Assembly (NCBI GenBank): GCA_002772895.1
Contig: PFCS01000050.1
Location: 6,728 to 70,727 of the forward strand
Length of the DNA stretch: 64,000 nucleotides
Reading direction: 5' to 3'
Origin: Parcubacteria group bacterium CG10_big_fil_rev_8_21_14_0_10_36_14
GTDB taxonomy: Bacteria; Patescibacteriota; Patescibacteriia; GCA-002772895
Every line of letters begins with the position of its first letter. Positions within the stretch are counted from its first letter, which is position 1. The notes under the pieces are model-generated. The model made no database searches and had not been told where the DNA came from. It was given only the letters and a program-made list of their open reading frames with translations. Positions 19,053 to 29,637 of this stretch are shown here, piece by piece. Made by a program: the position numbers and the translations under genes.

Positions 19053-20657
19053 TTATTTTTTCATCTGGGTTCCAGATAGAATACCTTCGTCCCCATTTAA
19101 TTTTAATTTTCTTACATTATGATAAGTAGGAAAAGCCTCCATTAAAATTCTCCACCGTTTATATAAATCTTCACGCGAACACCATGGTGTATTAATCTGA
19201 ACAACCTCAGGTGTCACGGCAGCATAAGAAACGGTCACTAACGTATCTGTGCTATCAGGAAATACAAGATACCCAAATTTTTCACAAAATTCATAAAGTT
19301 CTGTACCAGGAAGTGGCGTAGTAATCAATGGGGTTATACCCTTAGACCCCATATAATGAAACTTTTCTAAAAATTTTAATGTCTTCTCAAAGCTTCTCTC
19401 GTCTTCACCTTGAATATAAGAGTTCCCTTTACTGTCTCTAAAATAAAACTCTTCGTATTTTGGTACATTTCGATAACTTGATCTTTTTATTTTTCCACCC
19501 GGATAACCAACGATCAAAAAGCAACTGAACGGAAGTTTCGCCTCGTTGCACCAATCAGCTACCTGAAGCGCCTGATCTAAATGTTGAAAAGCATTAAACT
19601 TATTCATGGCTACGAGTATTCGCTCATCACCAGACTCTACTGGCAAATAAAGAATTTCCACTCCTGCTCGCGCTATTGCAAAAACAACTTCTTTGTCCAT
19701 CTTCTCCAACATAACACCATTTGGAAAGGTACATTTCAGATCATGTCCTTTTTCTCGAATTTTTGCAATACCGTCTAAAATTTCGAGAACACGTTTCTTA
19801 TTAAACGTAAAATTATCATCGGCAATCTCTATCCGATTTATGCCAAATTCTTCAATACAAAACCTTATTTCTTTTAATACTCTCTCTGTGGAAAATGCCC
19901 GAAAACGCTGACCCTTTTCTGGAGATGAACAAAATTGGCAATCAAAGGGGCATCCTCTAGAACTAATTAAATGAAGGGTTCTGTCAACTCTATTGCCCCA
20001 TGTAGACAATGTTACATATTCTTCCATGGGTCTAAATCTATAACTTGGAAAAGGTAGCTTATCTATGTCTCTAAATTGCTCTACACGCAAACCCGTATCT
20101 TTAATTGTCCCATCGGGCAAACGACACACTAACCCCGGAATGTTTTCCCAAGGTTCGTCATTCAATATGCGCGTAAAGGCTATTTCACCCTCGCCTCTTA
20201 CCACAATATCAGCTCCCGACTCTTCAATAACCTCTCGTGGCAAAGTAGTTGCCAATACGCCACCGACAACAACTGTTATTTTGGAAAAAATAGATTTTAT
20301 CTTTTTAACCAGCGGATACAAGGCCAATCGAGAATCAGTAAACGGTGCATTAATACCAATAATATCTGTCTCTTTTGGAATACGACCAATAATCCATTCA
20401 TCAGAATGTCCAAAACGCCTAATTGGTTGCTGCCTTAAATTATAAACCTCTTCGCTAATTGCTTCTCCACCCTCCATCATCGGATCAATAAAGGCAATAA
20501 TTAAGTGCCCATTTTCTTCTGCATAAGCACCAACATACCCTAACCCGAGTTGCTGTGATCTAAATTCTACCTCATTGTAAAAGAGCCATGGACAAGCGAT
20601 AAGACATACTTTTTTTCGTAGCAACCTATGTTCTATATTTTCTTCACGCTTTTCCAT
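19053..20657 (-). CDS. Cobalamin-binding radical SAM protein (class B-like) #1
   Basis: LGLGYVGA, VVGG, GEGE, SRGCPFDCQFC, DDNF, ESG; AGGAGG SD at 20665-20670. Confidence 0.9.
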   Translation of the reverse strand: MEKREENIEHRLLRKKVCLIACPWLFYNEVEFRSQQLGLGYVGAYAEENGHLIIAFIDPMMEGGEAISEEVYNLRQQPIRRFGHSDEWIIGRIPKETDIIGINAPFTDSRLALYPLVKKIKSIFSKITVVVGGVLATTLPREVIEESGADIVVRGEGEIAFTRILNDEPWENIPGLVCRLPDGTIKDTGLRVEQFRDIDKLPFPSYRFRPMEEYVTLSTWGNRVDRTLHLISSRGCPFDCQFCSSPEKGQRFRAFSTERVLKEIRFCIEEFGINRIEIADDNFTFNKKRVLEILDGIAKIREKGHDLKCTFPNGVMLEKMDKEVVFAIARAGVEILYLPVESGDERILVAMNKFNAFQHLDQALQVADWCNEAKLPFSCFLIVGYPGGKIKRSSYRNVPKYEEFYFRDSKGNSYIQGEDERSFEKTLKFLEKFHYMGSKGITPLITTPLPGTELYEFCEKFGYLVFPDSTDTLVTVSYAAVTPEVVQINTPWCSREDLYKRWRILMEAFPTYHNVRKLKLNGDEGILSGTQMKK

Positions 20658-20708
20658 TGCCTTTCCTCCTCTTTTTTGACCAAGCTGTCAAGACATATTA
20701 CTACATAA

Positions 20709-20737
20709 AGCTTAACACATTATTAAATTTTAATCAA
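20709..20737 (-). promoter_or_regulatory. Sigma70-type promoter for the radical SAM gene
   Basis: TTGATT-17 bp-TAAGCT with a TGn extension. Confidence 0.5.
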
Positions 20738-20761
20738 GAGGGTTAAAAATTAAAAAATAGC

Positions 20762-22132
20762 CTATTTAACTAAAATTTCCAATAAAGAATTGGCAATTCT
20801 TTTATTAGCTTGCCCATCATTTTTATAACATAATTGTTCCACTATCCTTCTTCTTCCTTCACTATGCAGGCTATAATTTTCTAAATATTCATTAATCTGA
20901 TTCTTTAAATCCTCAGGACTACTCACCATGCTAACTCCGCCGGTTTCAACCACGTCATTAAAGTGACTGAAAGAATAAAAATAATTTACCGAATGCCTAA
21001 AATCTGCCTGTGGCACAGCATCAAACGCTATGCTTATAAGTGGCTTATCTAGCATTGATCCGTCCAAAGAAAGCGTTGAACAGGTAGATATTATTACATC
21101 CGAATGATAAAGCATATTAAAAAAATCAATCATTTCTTCTTTTGACGCATCCCACGAATCTAAAAATAGATTTGTTATTCTGTGTTTATTGTCTATATAA
21201 ACAAAATCGTATTTATTAAATTCGAGAAAACGTTTTTTTTCTATGTCCGAATAATGCGGACGGATGACCAAAGAAGCATCGTGCAATAATTCTTTATTTT
21301 TTATAAAATTGCATATTATATTAGCCACTCCCTCATCTGCCCGACCCCAAAGACCTTCTGAACCAAAAAAAATTAATTTTTTATTGGGGTCAAGCCCCTT
21401 TTTTTTAAAAAATTCTTCTCTCAAAATAATTAATTCTTTTTTGGAATAAATATCAAACTGCGGAAATCCTGTAACTAAAATTTTTTCGGCACATATATTC
21501 TGCAAGTTACTAACCGTCTCCTTCATTGATTGATTAAATACTATCATTTTGTCTGGTTCTACCCTAAAAAGCCGACGATCAACCGTATCCCATCCTTTTG
21601 CCATAGCAACTGTTTTTATTTTCTTTTTTTTAGCAATCTTTAGAAAAGCAATATCTACTTTCCCTAAAATAGTAGTAGAAAAAATTAGGTCTGGTTTATA
21701 TTTATCAAAAAAGTGTTCATATTTTTTTTCTTTAAAAAGATAGAGTTCCAGCCATCTAAAAATTTTTTTTAAAACGGTGCTTTGTGATAAAACCCCAAAT
21801 ATACCAGCCTCCAAAAAATATATAATTGTATTTTTACCTTTTTTTTTGTACGTTCCATAACGCGACAATAGCCGCGAACCTTTCGTATAAACAAGATTAT
21901 CAATCAATGGAAGAAAAAATTTTCTTTGTATCCTTGATAACTCACCTTCTCCAGTATTTTCAATAATAATTCTCGAATGATTAAATTCTTCTTTAAGATA
22001 TTGAGGTGCTTCTGAAGGAAGCATCAAAACAATTCTGATATTTTCGTCTCTTAATAAATGATCTATTATTCCTGTTCTTAATATATTTCTCGCAATGATT
22101 CCTCTACTTATAATAATAAAAATTGTTTTCAT
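20762..22132 (-). CDS. GT-B fold CDP-glycerol glycerophosphotransferase-like protein #1
   Basis: KPDLIF, WD, TGFPQFDIY, IRPH, STLSLD..LDKP; paralog of 25248-26615. Confidence 0.65.
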   Translation of the reverse strand: MKTIFIIISRGIIARNILRTGIIDHLLRDENIRIVLMLPSEAPQYLKEEFNHSRIIIENTGEGELSRIQRKFFLPLIDNLVYTKGSRLLSRYGTYKKKGKNTIIYFLEAGIFGVLSQSTVLKKIFRWLELYLFKEKKYEHFFDKYKPDLIFSTTILGKVDIAFLKIAKKKKIKTVAMAKGWDTVDRRLFRVEPDKMIVFNQSMKETVSNLQNICAEKILVTGFPQFDIYSKKELIILREEFFKKKGLDPNKKLIFFGSEGLWGRADEGVANIICNFIKNKELLHDASLVIRPHYSDIEKKRFLEFNKYDFVYIDNKHRITNLFLDSWDASKEEMIDFFNMLYHSDVIISTCSTLSLDGSMLDKPLISIAFDAVPQADFRHSVNYFYSFSHFNDVVETGGVSMVSSPEDLKNQINEYLENYSLHSEGRRRIVEQLCYKNDGQANKRIANSLLEILVK

Positions 22133-22135
22133 AAA

Positions 22136-22942
22136 TTATTTATACCCTACTAAAAAATGTCCTTGCGACAAAGTATAGTTAGTTTTAAATGGATATTTTA
22201 AGAAAATTTTTCTAATCCAAAGCGTAAAATTATATAATTTTGCGATAGCTTTATCCGTTTTCATAGAAATCGGCACAAATATCGGAAAAGGATTTACGTT
22301 TACCGCATAAACTTTTTTAAAACCCATATTTTTTACCTTTTCAATATAATCTTCCGGCGTATCATTGTTCCGATAATAATCTTTTGGTGGATAGAACTTA
22401 CCGGAAAGTAACCTCAAAAACCACTTATACAAATTATTAATATTTTGTGCTGACCATTTTTCAGGAATATTCAAGTGTATCATTACGCCACCCAATTTTA
22501 ATACGCGATAACCCTCTTTAATCGTTACATCATAATTATCTATATGCTCCAAAAGACCTATTGAATAAACAATGTCAACAGAACTATCCGGCATAGGAAT
22601 GGAATCACTCGAACCAACAAAAAATTCCGCTCGTGCATCATACTTGCTAAAATTTTCTTTTGCTAATTTTATTGCGTCTTCAGATATATCAAGAAGCGCT
22701 ACTTCAATCCCATCGTATTTATTCAAAAATAACGACATCGTTCCACGTCCACATCCAAGCTCTAATCCATTTTTATAATTTTTATCTTTTATTAAATTTT
22801 CAAAAAATTTATAATACCAAAAAAAATTTATCTGCCTCTGCGTTCTCGGTTTCATTCCCTTTGGCACAAACAAACTAAATTCATCATCACTACTCTTTTC
22901 TGATATTAATTTCCACTTATCTTCAAACTTTATACTTTGCAT
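22136..22942 (-). CDS. Class I SAM-dependent methyltransferase
   Basis: LELGCGRG, GLLEH; likely start MQSIKF (22942). Confidence 0.88.
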   Translation of the reverse strand: MQSIKFEDKWKLISEKSSDDEFSLFVPKGMKPRTQRQINFFWYYKFFENLIKDKNYKNGLELGCGRGTMSLFLNKYDGIEVALLDISEDAIKLAKENFSKYDARAEFFVGSSDSIPMPDSSVDIVYSIGLLEHIDNYDVTIKEGYRVLKLGGVMIHLNIPEKWSAQNINNLYKWFLRLLSGKFYPPKDYYRNNDTPEDYIEKVKNMGFKKVYAVNVNPFPIFVPISMKTDKAIAKLYNFTLWIRKIFLKYPFKTNYTLSQGHFLVGYK

Positions 22943-22952
22943 ATTTAAATGG

Positions 22953-23675
22953 TTAAACCCCAAAAAAGTCTTTTTTATTTTCTCCGATTATTTTTTTGGC
23001 ATTCTTTAGCTCTTCCGGAAAATCAACTTCTAGCCAACCATGCCCGGAGATATCTCCAATTAATATTTCATTGGATTCCGACAGCTTCCGAACAACATCT
23101 TCCACAACCAAATTTTCTTCTCCTTGCGCCAATAGTTCATCTATGCAATTTTTGTATTCATTTAACATAGCAATATCACAATAAGTAAGCCCAACATATC
23201 CGCCATTAAATTTATCAAGTTTTTTAGAAATTTTTTTTAAAATAAAACTTTCATGTTCAACCTTCATATCATCATCTCCTAAGGGACGATCAAAATCACA
23301 GAAAGCCGTAATCCCCTTTAACTGATTTTTTACTTTTTCAGCGATTGCTTTTTTATATATATGATCAGCATTACAAATCAAAAAAGAATTTTCTATTTTT
23401 GGCAAAGCCTTTAACAATGTGTATAAATTACCCTTCAAATATTCCGGATTTTCAATTACCTCCGCTTCACTGTCGTAGCCAATAACCTTTTCTTTCAATT
23501 TTTCATAATCGCATCCGCCAATAATTTTTATTTCATCTGCACCAACCGCACGCAAAAAATCAATAGCATAATGCGCTAAGGGCTTTCCTTCAATTTCTAC
23601 CAACGCCTTTGTTGTACCGGCACCCAGACGTTTACCAATTCCGGCCGCTAAAAGAACACCTGTTAATTTGCTCAT
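22953..23675 (-). CDS. NTP transferase (LicC/IPCT-like cytidylyltransferase)
   Basis: LAAGIGKRL, KAL, NADH, DDMKV, WLEVDFPEE. Confidence 0.85.
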   Translation of the reverse strand: MSKLTGVLLAAGIGKRLGAGTTKALVEIEGKPLAHYAIDFLRAVGADEIKIIGGCDYEKLKEKVIGYDSEAEVIENPEYLKGNLYTLLKALPKIENSFLICNADHIYKKAIAEKVKNQLKGITAFCDFDRPLGDDDMKVEHESFILKKISKKLDKFNGGYVGLTYCDIAMLNEYKNCIDELLAQGEENLVVEDVVRKLSESNEILIGDISGHGWLEVDFPEELKNAKKIIGENKKDFFGV

Positions 23676-24307
23676 ATAATTAAATTGCTAATTTTTTTAA
23701 TAATTGGAATTTCATTATTAAGCGCCTTAAAATCATCTTCTTTAAAAGTTCCGACTTTTCCTATAAAATCAATATTTTCGGCATTTGCTAAAAAATAATC
23801 GTTCAAAGAATCGCCAATAAAGACTATTTTATCTTTCTCTAAGCCCAACTCTTTTATAGTAAAATCAAAATGATTCCTCCCCTTAGCAAAACCGTCTTTA
23901 AAACCTAATGCTAAATCAAAAATACTATGTAAATTATTATTATCAATAAATTTATCAATATTATACTGAAAATTATTTGAAGATATCACCAAGTTATAAT
24001 TAACTTCCTTTAGCTGTTTCAGAGCTTCCAGCGCCCCATCTTCCAATTCAACATCAGATGTTGCGAATAACTTTTGTTCTTCGTATATCGGCGCAACAAT
24101 TTTATTTTTTTCATTTCCCGGAAAAATTATTTCTAATTGTTGATAAAACGGAAAACCACTAGTTTTCAAATACATCTTCCGCGCCTCGCATTTATCCATT
24201 CCGTAATGCTCCGATATAAGGGAGCTCGCTACGTCAGTAAAAATCTGCATCGTATCAGCCAATGTACCGTCAAAATCAAAAATAATTGTATTTTTATTAG
24301 ATAACAT
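23672..24307 (-). CDS. HAD-superfamily phosphatase
   Basis: FDFDGTL, ISSN, K, FIGDSLND. Confidence 0.9.
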   Translation of the reverse strand: MLSNKNTIIFDFDGTLADTMQIFTDVASSLISEHYGMDKCEARKMYLKTSGFPFYQQLEIIFPGNEKNKIVAPIYEEQKLFATSDVELEDGALEALKQLKEVNYNLVISSNNFQYNIDKFIDNNNLHSIFDLALGFKDGFAKGRNHFDFTIKELGLEKDKIVFIGDSLNDYFLANAENIDFIGKVGTFKEDDFKALNNEIPIIKKISNLII

Positions 24308-24313
24308 AATTCT

Positions 24314-25237
24314 TTATATTAATTTTGCATTAAGACGTTTTAATGCCCACCTCTCCAAATTCTTGCCATTAATCCCCAACTTAGTGCTTAATGCCACATC
24401 ATAGCCTAATTCTTCTAAAATAGCAATGGTATTCGCATTATAATTTCCATGAGGATAAGAAATGGCATAAATAGGAATGTTTATAATATTTTCTAATATA
24501 TCTTTTGGCTTTTTTATTTCTTCATACATATCGTTTTTCGATAGCTCATCTAAACGTAAATGCCTATCGCCATGCGTCCCGATTGTCATTCCCGCCTCCG
24601 CCATTTCCGCTATTTCGCGTTTATTTAAATAAAGATTTTCGCAAAATTCTCTTTCATCACCTATATATTTCGGAAAAACTGCGCCTAAAAACTCCATCTT
24701 CTTTTCTTCAGGCAAAGTTTGTAAAATAATTTTCAAATTAACCGTAAGCACATCATCATATATATACCTATCGTCTCTTTTTTCTTTATCACTTAAAGCA
24801 AATTCTTTTTGTATCGTTTTATTTTGTTTTTTAATAAACTCATAATATTCTTCCGCTAATCTTTTTGTACCTATTTTAGCAAGTAAAAAATGCACCTTAT
24901 GTACATTGGCTACTTTTCCCTCTAAAGACATCGTGATAGGAAAAAATACACCCTTTATTCCATATTTTTTTAAAATCGGAAAGACACTGTCATAATGATC
25001 ACTCAATCCATCATCAAAAGTAAAAACACACGCCTTTGATGGTAACTCTTTTTGTCCTAATACGGATTGTCGCACGTCTTCTAAAGAAATTATTTCATAT
25101 TCGCTTTTAAATCTTTCAATATGATTCTTAAATAAGTCTGTCCCTATAGCATTTATCTTTGGAAAGGGCGTTTTATCCGCATCTCGCACATAATGATACA
25201 TTATTATAGCCAATTCTTTTTCTTGTCCTTCTTTCAT
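24314..25237 (-). CDS. Polysaccharide deacetylase (CE4/NodB-like)
   Basis: IMYHYVR, TFDDG, GTHGDRH, SYPHG. Confidence 0.9.
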   Translation of the reverse strand: MKEGQEKELAIIMYHYVRDADKTPFPKINAIGTDLFKNHIERFKSEYEIISLEDVRQSVLGQKELPSKACVFTFDDGLSDHYDSVFPILKKYGIKGVFFPITMSLEGKVANVHKVHFLLAKIGTKRLAEEYYEFIKKQNKTIQKEFALSDKEKRDDRYIYDDVLTVNLKIILQTLPEEKKMEFLGAVFPKYIGDEREFCENLYLNKREIAEMAEAGMTIGTHGDRHLRLDELSKNDMYEEIKKPKDILENIINIPIYAISYPHGNYNANTIAILEELGYDVALSTKLGINGKNLERWALKRLNAKLI

Positions 25238-25247
25238 AAATATTTTT

Positions 25248-26615
25248 TTATAAACTTATTAATGCTTCGGCAATACGTTTTCCTGATTGTCCATCTACCT
25301 TATAACAAAAATTATTCCTCAATTTTTCACGACCCTCGCTTCTTAAGGTGGAATTTTTCAGATATCCATTGATTGCTATCTTCAATTCATTAGGAGATTT
25401 AACAATTTCTATTCCTCCTGAAGCTACAATCGGCTTAAAATGAGTCGAGTCATACCAACGCGCCACCGAACTCCCGTACTCTTTCTTTTTATAGCCATCA
25501 AAAGCTATCCCTACTATCGGCTTGTCGCATACAGCCGCATCAATAGTCAATGTAGAAGAATAATTCATCATTATTGTCATCTGCATCATTAATGCAGAAA
25601 AATATTCCATATGCTCATACGAGTAATCCCAGGAATCGCGAAAAATATTATTTCGTTTAAACCAATGGTCAATGATAATATTTTTTTCTCCTAAAAATTT
25701 TTCAAATTTCTTTTCACCATCTCTTGCTGAAAAATAAGGACGAATAAATAAAATACAATCTTTTTCAAGCTCGCCTTTATTTATCCAGTCCCGAACCATT
25801 TCTGCAATCTCTATATCAGTCGAGGAATATTTGGCATCTGACCCAAGCACTAAAATTTCTTTTTTCGGATCTACGCCTATTTTCTTAAAAAACTCTTCTC
25901 GCGAAAAAGAACTCATCGGCTTAGAATAAACATCAAACTGCGGAATCCCAACAACAAAGATATCGTCACTATCAATATTCTGATACTTTTTTGCTTCTTT
26001 TATAAGACCACTTCCCCATAAAAATAATTTCTCTGGCTTTACTCGAAAGCTCATCTTGGAAAGGTTGTCCCAGCTTTTAGGCATAGCTATAATTTTTACG
26101 CCAAATCTTTTTGCAGCCTTTAACACATAAGAATCAGCATCATCCATGGGATTTGTAGAAAAAACTATATCCGGACTGTATTTCTGAAAAAAAACGTAAT
26201 ACTCCTTACCGGGACAAAAAAGAAAATCAATATAGCGAATTACCTCTTTAATAAATCCAAATTTGGAAAGGGGCTTAAAAAAAATTCTTTTTAATATTCT
26301 ACGCATGGCGCTAGTTTCGCTTTTGTCCATAATGCCATATTTATCACGCAGAACAGTACTCTCATTGTAAACTAAGGCCTTATTGAGACCGGCAAAAAAA
26401 TAATCACGTAGATTCCATTTATGGTTATAAAGCGGTTCAAAAAAAATATTTTCTTCGCCAAACTCCTTCCTAAAGACTTCGTCACTAAAAGCAGGGCTCA
26501 AAATTATAATTTTCCAGCCCTCTTTTTTAAGAATCTCATAAAACTCGTTATGTAAAAAATTCTTTGCGATAGAACCGCGTGAAATAGTTATAAAAATTGT
26601 TTTTTTTGTTTGCAT
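25248..26615 (-). CDS. GT-B fold CDP-glycerol glycerophosphotransferase-like protein #2
   Basis: SWDNLS, GIPQFDVY, IRPY, STLTIDAA..DKP; paralog of 20762-22132. Confidence 0.65.
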   Translation of the reverse strand: MQTKKTIFITISRGSIAKNFLHNEFYEILKKEGWKIIILSPAFSDEVFRKEFGEENIFFEPLYNHKWNLRDYFFAGLNKALVYNESTVLRDKYGIMDKSETSAMRRILKRIFFKPLSKFGFIKEVIRYIDFLFCPGKEYYVFFQKYSPDIVFSTNPMDDADSYVLKAAKRFGVKIIAMPKSWDNLSKMSFRVKPEKLFLWGSGLIKEAKKYQNIDSDDIFVVGIPQFDVYSKPMSSFSREEFFKKIGVDPKKEILVLGSDAKYSSTDIEIAEMVRDWINKGELEKDCILFIRPYFSARDGEKKFEKFLGEKNIIIDHWFKRNNIFRDSWDYSYEHMEYFSALMMQMTIMMNYSSTLTIDAAVCDKPIVGIAFDGYKKKEYGSSVARWYDSTHFKPIVASGGIEIVKSPNELKIAINGYLKNSTLRSEGREKLRNNFCYKVDGQSGKRIAEALISL

Positions 26616-26618
26616 ATT

Positions 26619-27359
26619 TTAAGCAATATCTATTTCATTTTTCCTGCATTCATCACGAAAACAAGTAAATCCTGTCGTTTCGTATTTATAAAGGCCAACG
26701 TCTTTTATTTTGGCACCAAAACACATTTTAAATTTAGCAATCCCCATTTTATTCTTTTCTTTAATACTTATACCACCTAAATCGAAATGCACATATCCTT
26801 TTTCTTTAGCATATTCACAGATTTCATACACTAACCTTCTTGTGGCATACCCAACTATTGCATTTTTTATGTTTTTTTCATTTTCTAATCGCCTTGAAAA
26901 TATTTTTTCAATTCTTAAAAAATTATTATCATCATAACATGTTATGCCCGAGATTGTCTGTCCATCAAAATAAGCTGAAAAAAGTTTAGTTTTCCCAAAT
27001 TGTTCTTTCGGTTCAGGCGCCCAACCGCGAATTAAATCAAACTCCTTACTTAAATTATAAGCCTCTTCCATATTTTCATCTTCTCTCACAAAAGATAGCC
27101 CCTCTATATTTTGTGTTTTTCTAATTTCATTTCGAGTTGTAGAATTAAAACTCTTAAAAATATCTCCCAACCCTTGTTTTAAACTGATAATCGCATCTTG
27201 TTTTTCTTGCATTTCGAATCCAGTCAACGACGGCCCCCTTTCATAGCATACAATATGAAGACAATCAAAATTATCTTTTAAGCTTTGAATTTTTTTAAAA
27301 TTAAATTCATCAAAAATAAATTTTCCGTATCTAAATCCCGACAATGAAACGTCAAGCAT
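26619..27359 (-). CDS. FemAB/FemX-like GNAT-fold protein
   Basis: FNSTTRNEIRK, EICEYAKEKGY..FDLGG, GIAKFKMCFG. Confidence 0.75.
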   Translation of the reverse strand: MLDVSLSGFRYGKFIFDEFNFKKIQSLKDNFDCLHIVCYERGPSLTGFEMQEKQDAIISLKQGLGDIFKSFNSTTRNEIRKTQNIEGLSFVREDENMEEAYNLSKEFDLIRGWAPEPKEQFGKTKLFSAYFDGQTISGITCYDDNNFLRIEKIFSRRLENEKNIKNAIVGYATRRLVYEICEYAKEKGYVHFDLGGISIKEKNKMGIAKFKMCFGAKIKDVGLYKYETTGFTCFRDECRKNEIDIA

Positions 27360-27370
27360 ACTATTTAAAA

Positions 27371-28747
27371 TTAATGTTTGCTTATTGACAATGGTTTTTT
27401 CCTAAAAATTATAAAAAATCTATTTATCATTTCCATAATTATTACTTTATCCGTTTCGTCAACTGAAAAAAACGATTTCCATCCTATAGTTTTCAGTCCG
27501 TATTTTTTTCTTAGATATATTTCCCGTATTATTGAAACAATAAATATTGTTATAATTGCTTCTATTATTGTACCAATAATACCAAATCGTAACATAAGAA
27601 CGGGTGACAAAATAAAAGTTAACAAGAAAGATATCACCGCACATAAAAACATAAATTTTTGTTCACGATAAGCAAATAAAATAGGCGTTTGCGATATTGA
27701 AAAAGCATTAAATAAAAGACGTAAAACCAAAAGATTAAAAAGCGGTATTGCAATAATATATTTTGGAAAAACATACGGTATAAGAGGAGAGATGACAACA
27801 TAGGAGCTAATTATCATCAAAATATACAAAACTAAAGAATATTTTGTAGCCTTTTGCAATATTTTTTTTAAAACGACTACATCGTGCAACTTTCTGGCAA
27901 TAATCGGAAAGATTACTGTCCCAAGCGGAATAAGCGAGGCGAGAACTGAATATAAATTTTGCGCAAGTGCCAGATAGCCGACCGCCTCGGTAGAAATTAT
28001 AACTTTTACCAACCAAAATTTTATTGTATTTGTAGAACTGGAAATAACGTTATTTGCAATCTGCCATTTACCATGAGCTCTAAAAATTTCATATATAAAC
28101 CTCATTTTTTCCATTGGAATATCTCTAAATAACAATAAAGTTTTCTTAAATTGTGGCAAACTAATAATTGCGGCAAAAAAGGTCCCAAAAATATAACAAA
28201 GAATCAGTGTAATAATATTTAATTTTCCAAACAATAAAAAAATGATAATAAAAATAAATTTTACAACAACTTCCGATATATTAGTTATTGATAAAAGCTT
28301 GAATCTTTCATTAATTTGTATAAGTAGAGAAGATATACCGCGCATATATTGCGCCAATGTCAATAACACCACCAGCCAAAAATATTGTTCGGCTATCATG
28401 CTATAATCCGATTTTAAATACGCCTTAATGATAAATAATACCAATAGCATTATAAAAAGTAGCCCTGCCCTTAATATCCAAAAATTATAAAGCAAACTTT
28501 TTGCTCTTGAGAGATTATTTTCGCCAAAATTTCTGGAAACATCAGATAAGACAAGGCTATCTATACCCATATTTGACCAAGCACCCAAAAGCCCGGCCAA
28601 AGACATAATTAGCGTAAAAATTCCATAGTCATGAACACTTACAACCCTTACGACAATAAGGATGGTAAAAAAAGAAAAAATGCGCATCAAAACATTTGCC
28701 GCACTAAGCACCATTGTTCCGGATATTATTTTTTCTCTAATGTCCAT
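27371..28747 (-). CDS. wzx: Oligosaccharide flippase (Wzx/MOP family)
   Basis: About 12 TM segments; DYGIFTL, AVGYLALAQ, FGIIG. Confidence 0.85.
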   Translation of the reverse strand: MDIREKIISGTMVLSAANVLMRIFSFFTILIVVRVVSVHDYGIFTLIMSLAGLLGAWSNMGIDSLVLSDVSRNFGENNLSRAKSLLYNFWILRAGLLFIMLLVLFIIKAYLKSDYSMIAEQYFWLVVLLTLAQYMRGISSLLIQINERFKLLSITNISEVVVKFIFIIIFLLFGKLNIITLILCYIFGTFFAAIISLPQFKKTLLLFRDIPMEKMRFIYEIFRAHGKWQIANNVISSSTNTIKFWLVKVIISTEAVGYLALAQNLYSVLASLIPLGTVIFPIIARKLHDVVVLKKILQKATKYSLVLYILMIISSYVVISPLIPYVFPKYIIAIPLFNLLVLRLLFNAFSISQTPILFAYREQKFMFLCAVISFLLTFILSPVLMLRFGIIGTIIEAIITIFIVSIIREIYLRKKYGLKTIGWKSFFSVDETDKVIIMEMINRFFIIFRKKPLSISKH

Positions 28748-29636
28748 AAATCTTCTTTTTTATTTGCTTGAATAAATCAATTAATTTTCTTTGTTTAATG
28801 TAAAAATATACTTGACGATAACTGCCCGGTTCCCAAAAAGCGTCTTCTCCAACATCTGGATAGTTCGCATCCTGTGGCGCAATTAGTACTTGCAAACGGT
28901 ATCTTTTATTTTTATTTATTTTAATTATTTTAAAATTATTTTTAGATACTAAATATTTGAAAGTTTTCGGAGAATAACTAAAAGGATGCATATAATTAAA
29001 GAATGCATTAACTGGTTTTTTAAAAGATGATACATTAGGTATCTCTATATATACAACTCCTTTTTCTGATAACAGGCCTCTAAATTGCTTTAACTTTTCT
29101 AAAGGATCGACAAAATGTTCAAAAACATGATGCAATATCAAAATATTAAATTTATCTTGACTCAGCTTATAATAATCGTCAAAAAGTCCATTGAAAACAT
29201 TTATATCTAATTTTTTACTTACGACTTCTGAAAATAATTTTGAAGGATCTATTGCTTGTACTGTACATCCACCATTCTTTTTTAAATAATGTGAAATCTG
29301 CCCAGTAGTGCACCCTATATCCAAAACCGTCCTCTCCTCTCCTAAATAATCTTTTATAAATTCGTATACCGTTCTGCCTTTTTCGTTATCTTTAAAATCA
29401 AGTAACTTACTAATTTTATCTAAATATTGAAGGCCATAACAGTTTCTTTCATATTCATTATAGATATCCGCATATTCTTCCATGCTGGGTTGTGGATTTA
29501 AAAATACCAACCCGCACTTCTTGCAAATTACATTGTTAAACTTAATGGGTGATGCGCCTTTTTCTAAAATACCCCATGTGCTTATAATTTTGAAATTTCG
29601 GTCGTCACACAATGGACATCGTGATATATCATTCAT
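28737..29636 (-). CDS. Class I SAM methyltransferase with N-terminal Zn-ribbon
   Basis: CPLC...CKKCGLVFLNP, LDIGC, HHVFEH, IEIPN. Confidence 0.88.
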   Translation of the reverse strand: MNDISRCPLCDDRNFKIISTWGILEKGASPIKFNNVICKKCGLVFLNPQPSMEEYADIYNEYERNCYGLQYLDKISKLLDFKDNEKGRTVYEFIKDYLGEERTVLDIGCTTGQISHYLKKNGGCTVQAIDPSKLFSEVVSKKLDINVFNGLFDDYYKLSQDKFNILILHHVFEHFVDPLEKLKQFRGLLSEKGVVYIEIPNVSSFKKPVNAFFNYMHPFSYSPKTFKYLVSKNNFKIIKINKNKRYRLQVLIAPQDANYPDVGEDAFWEPGSYRQVYFYIKQRKLIDLFKQIKKKIYGH

Positions 29637-29637
29637 T

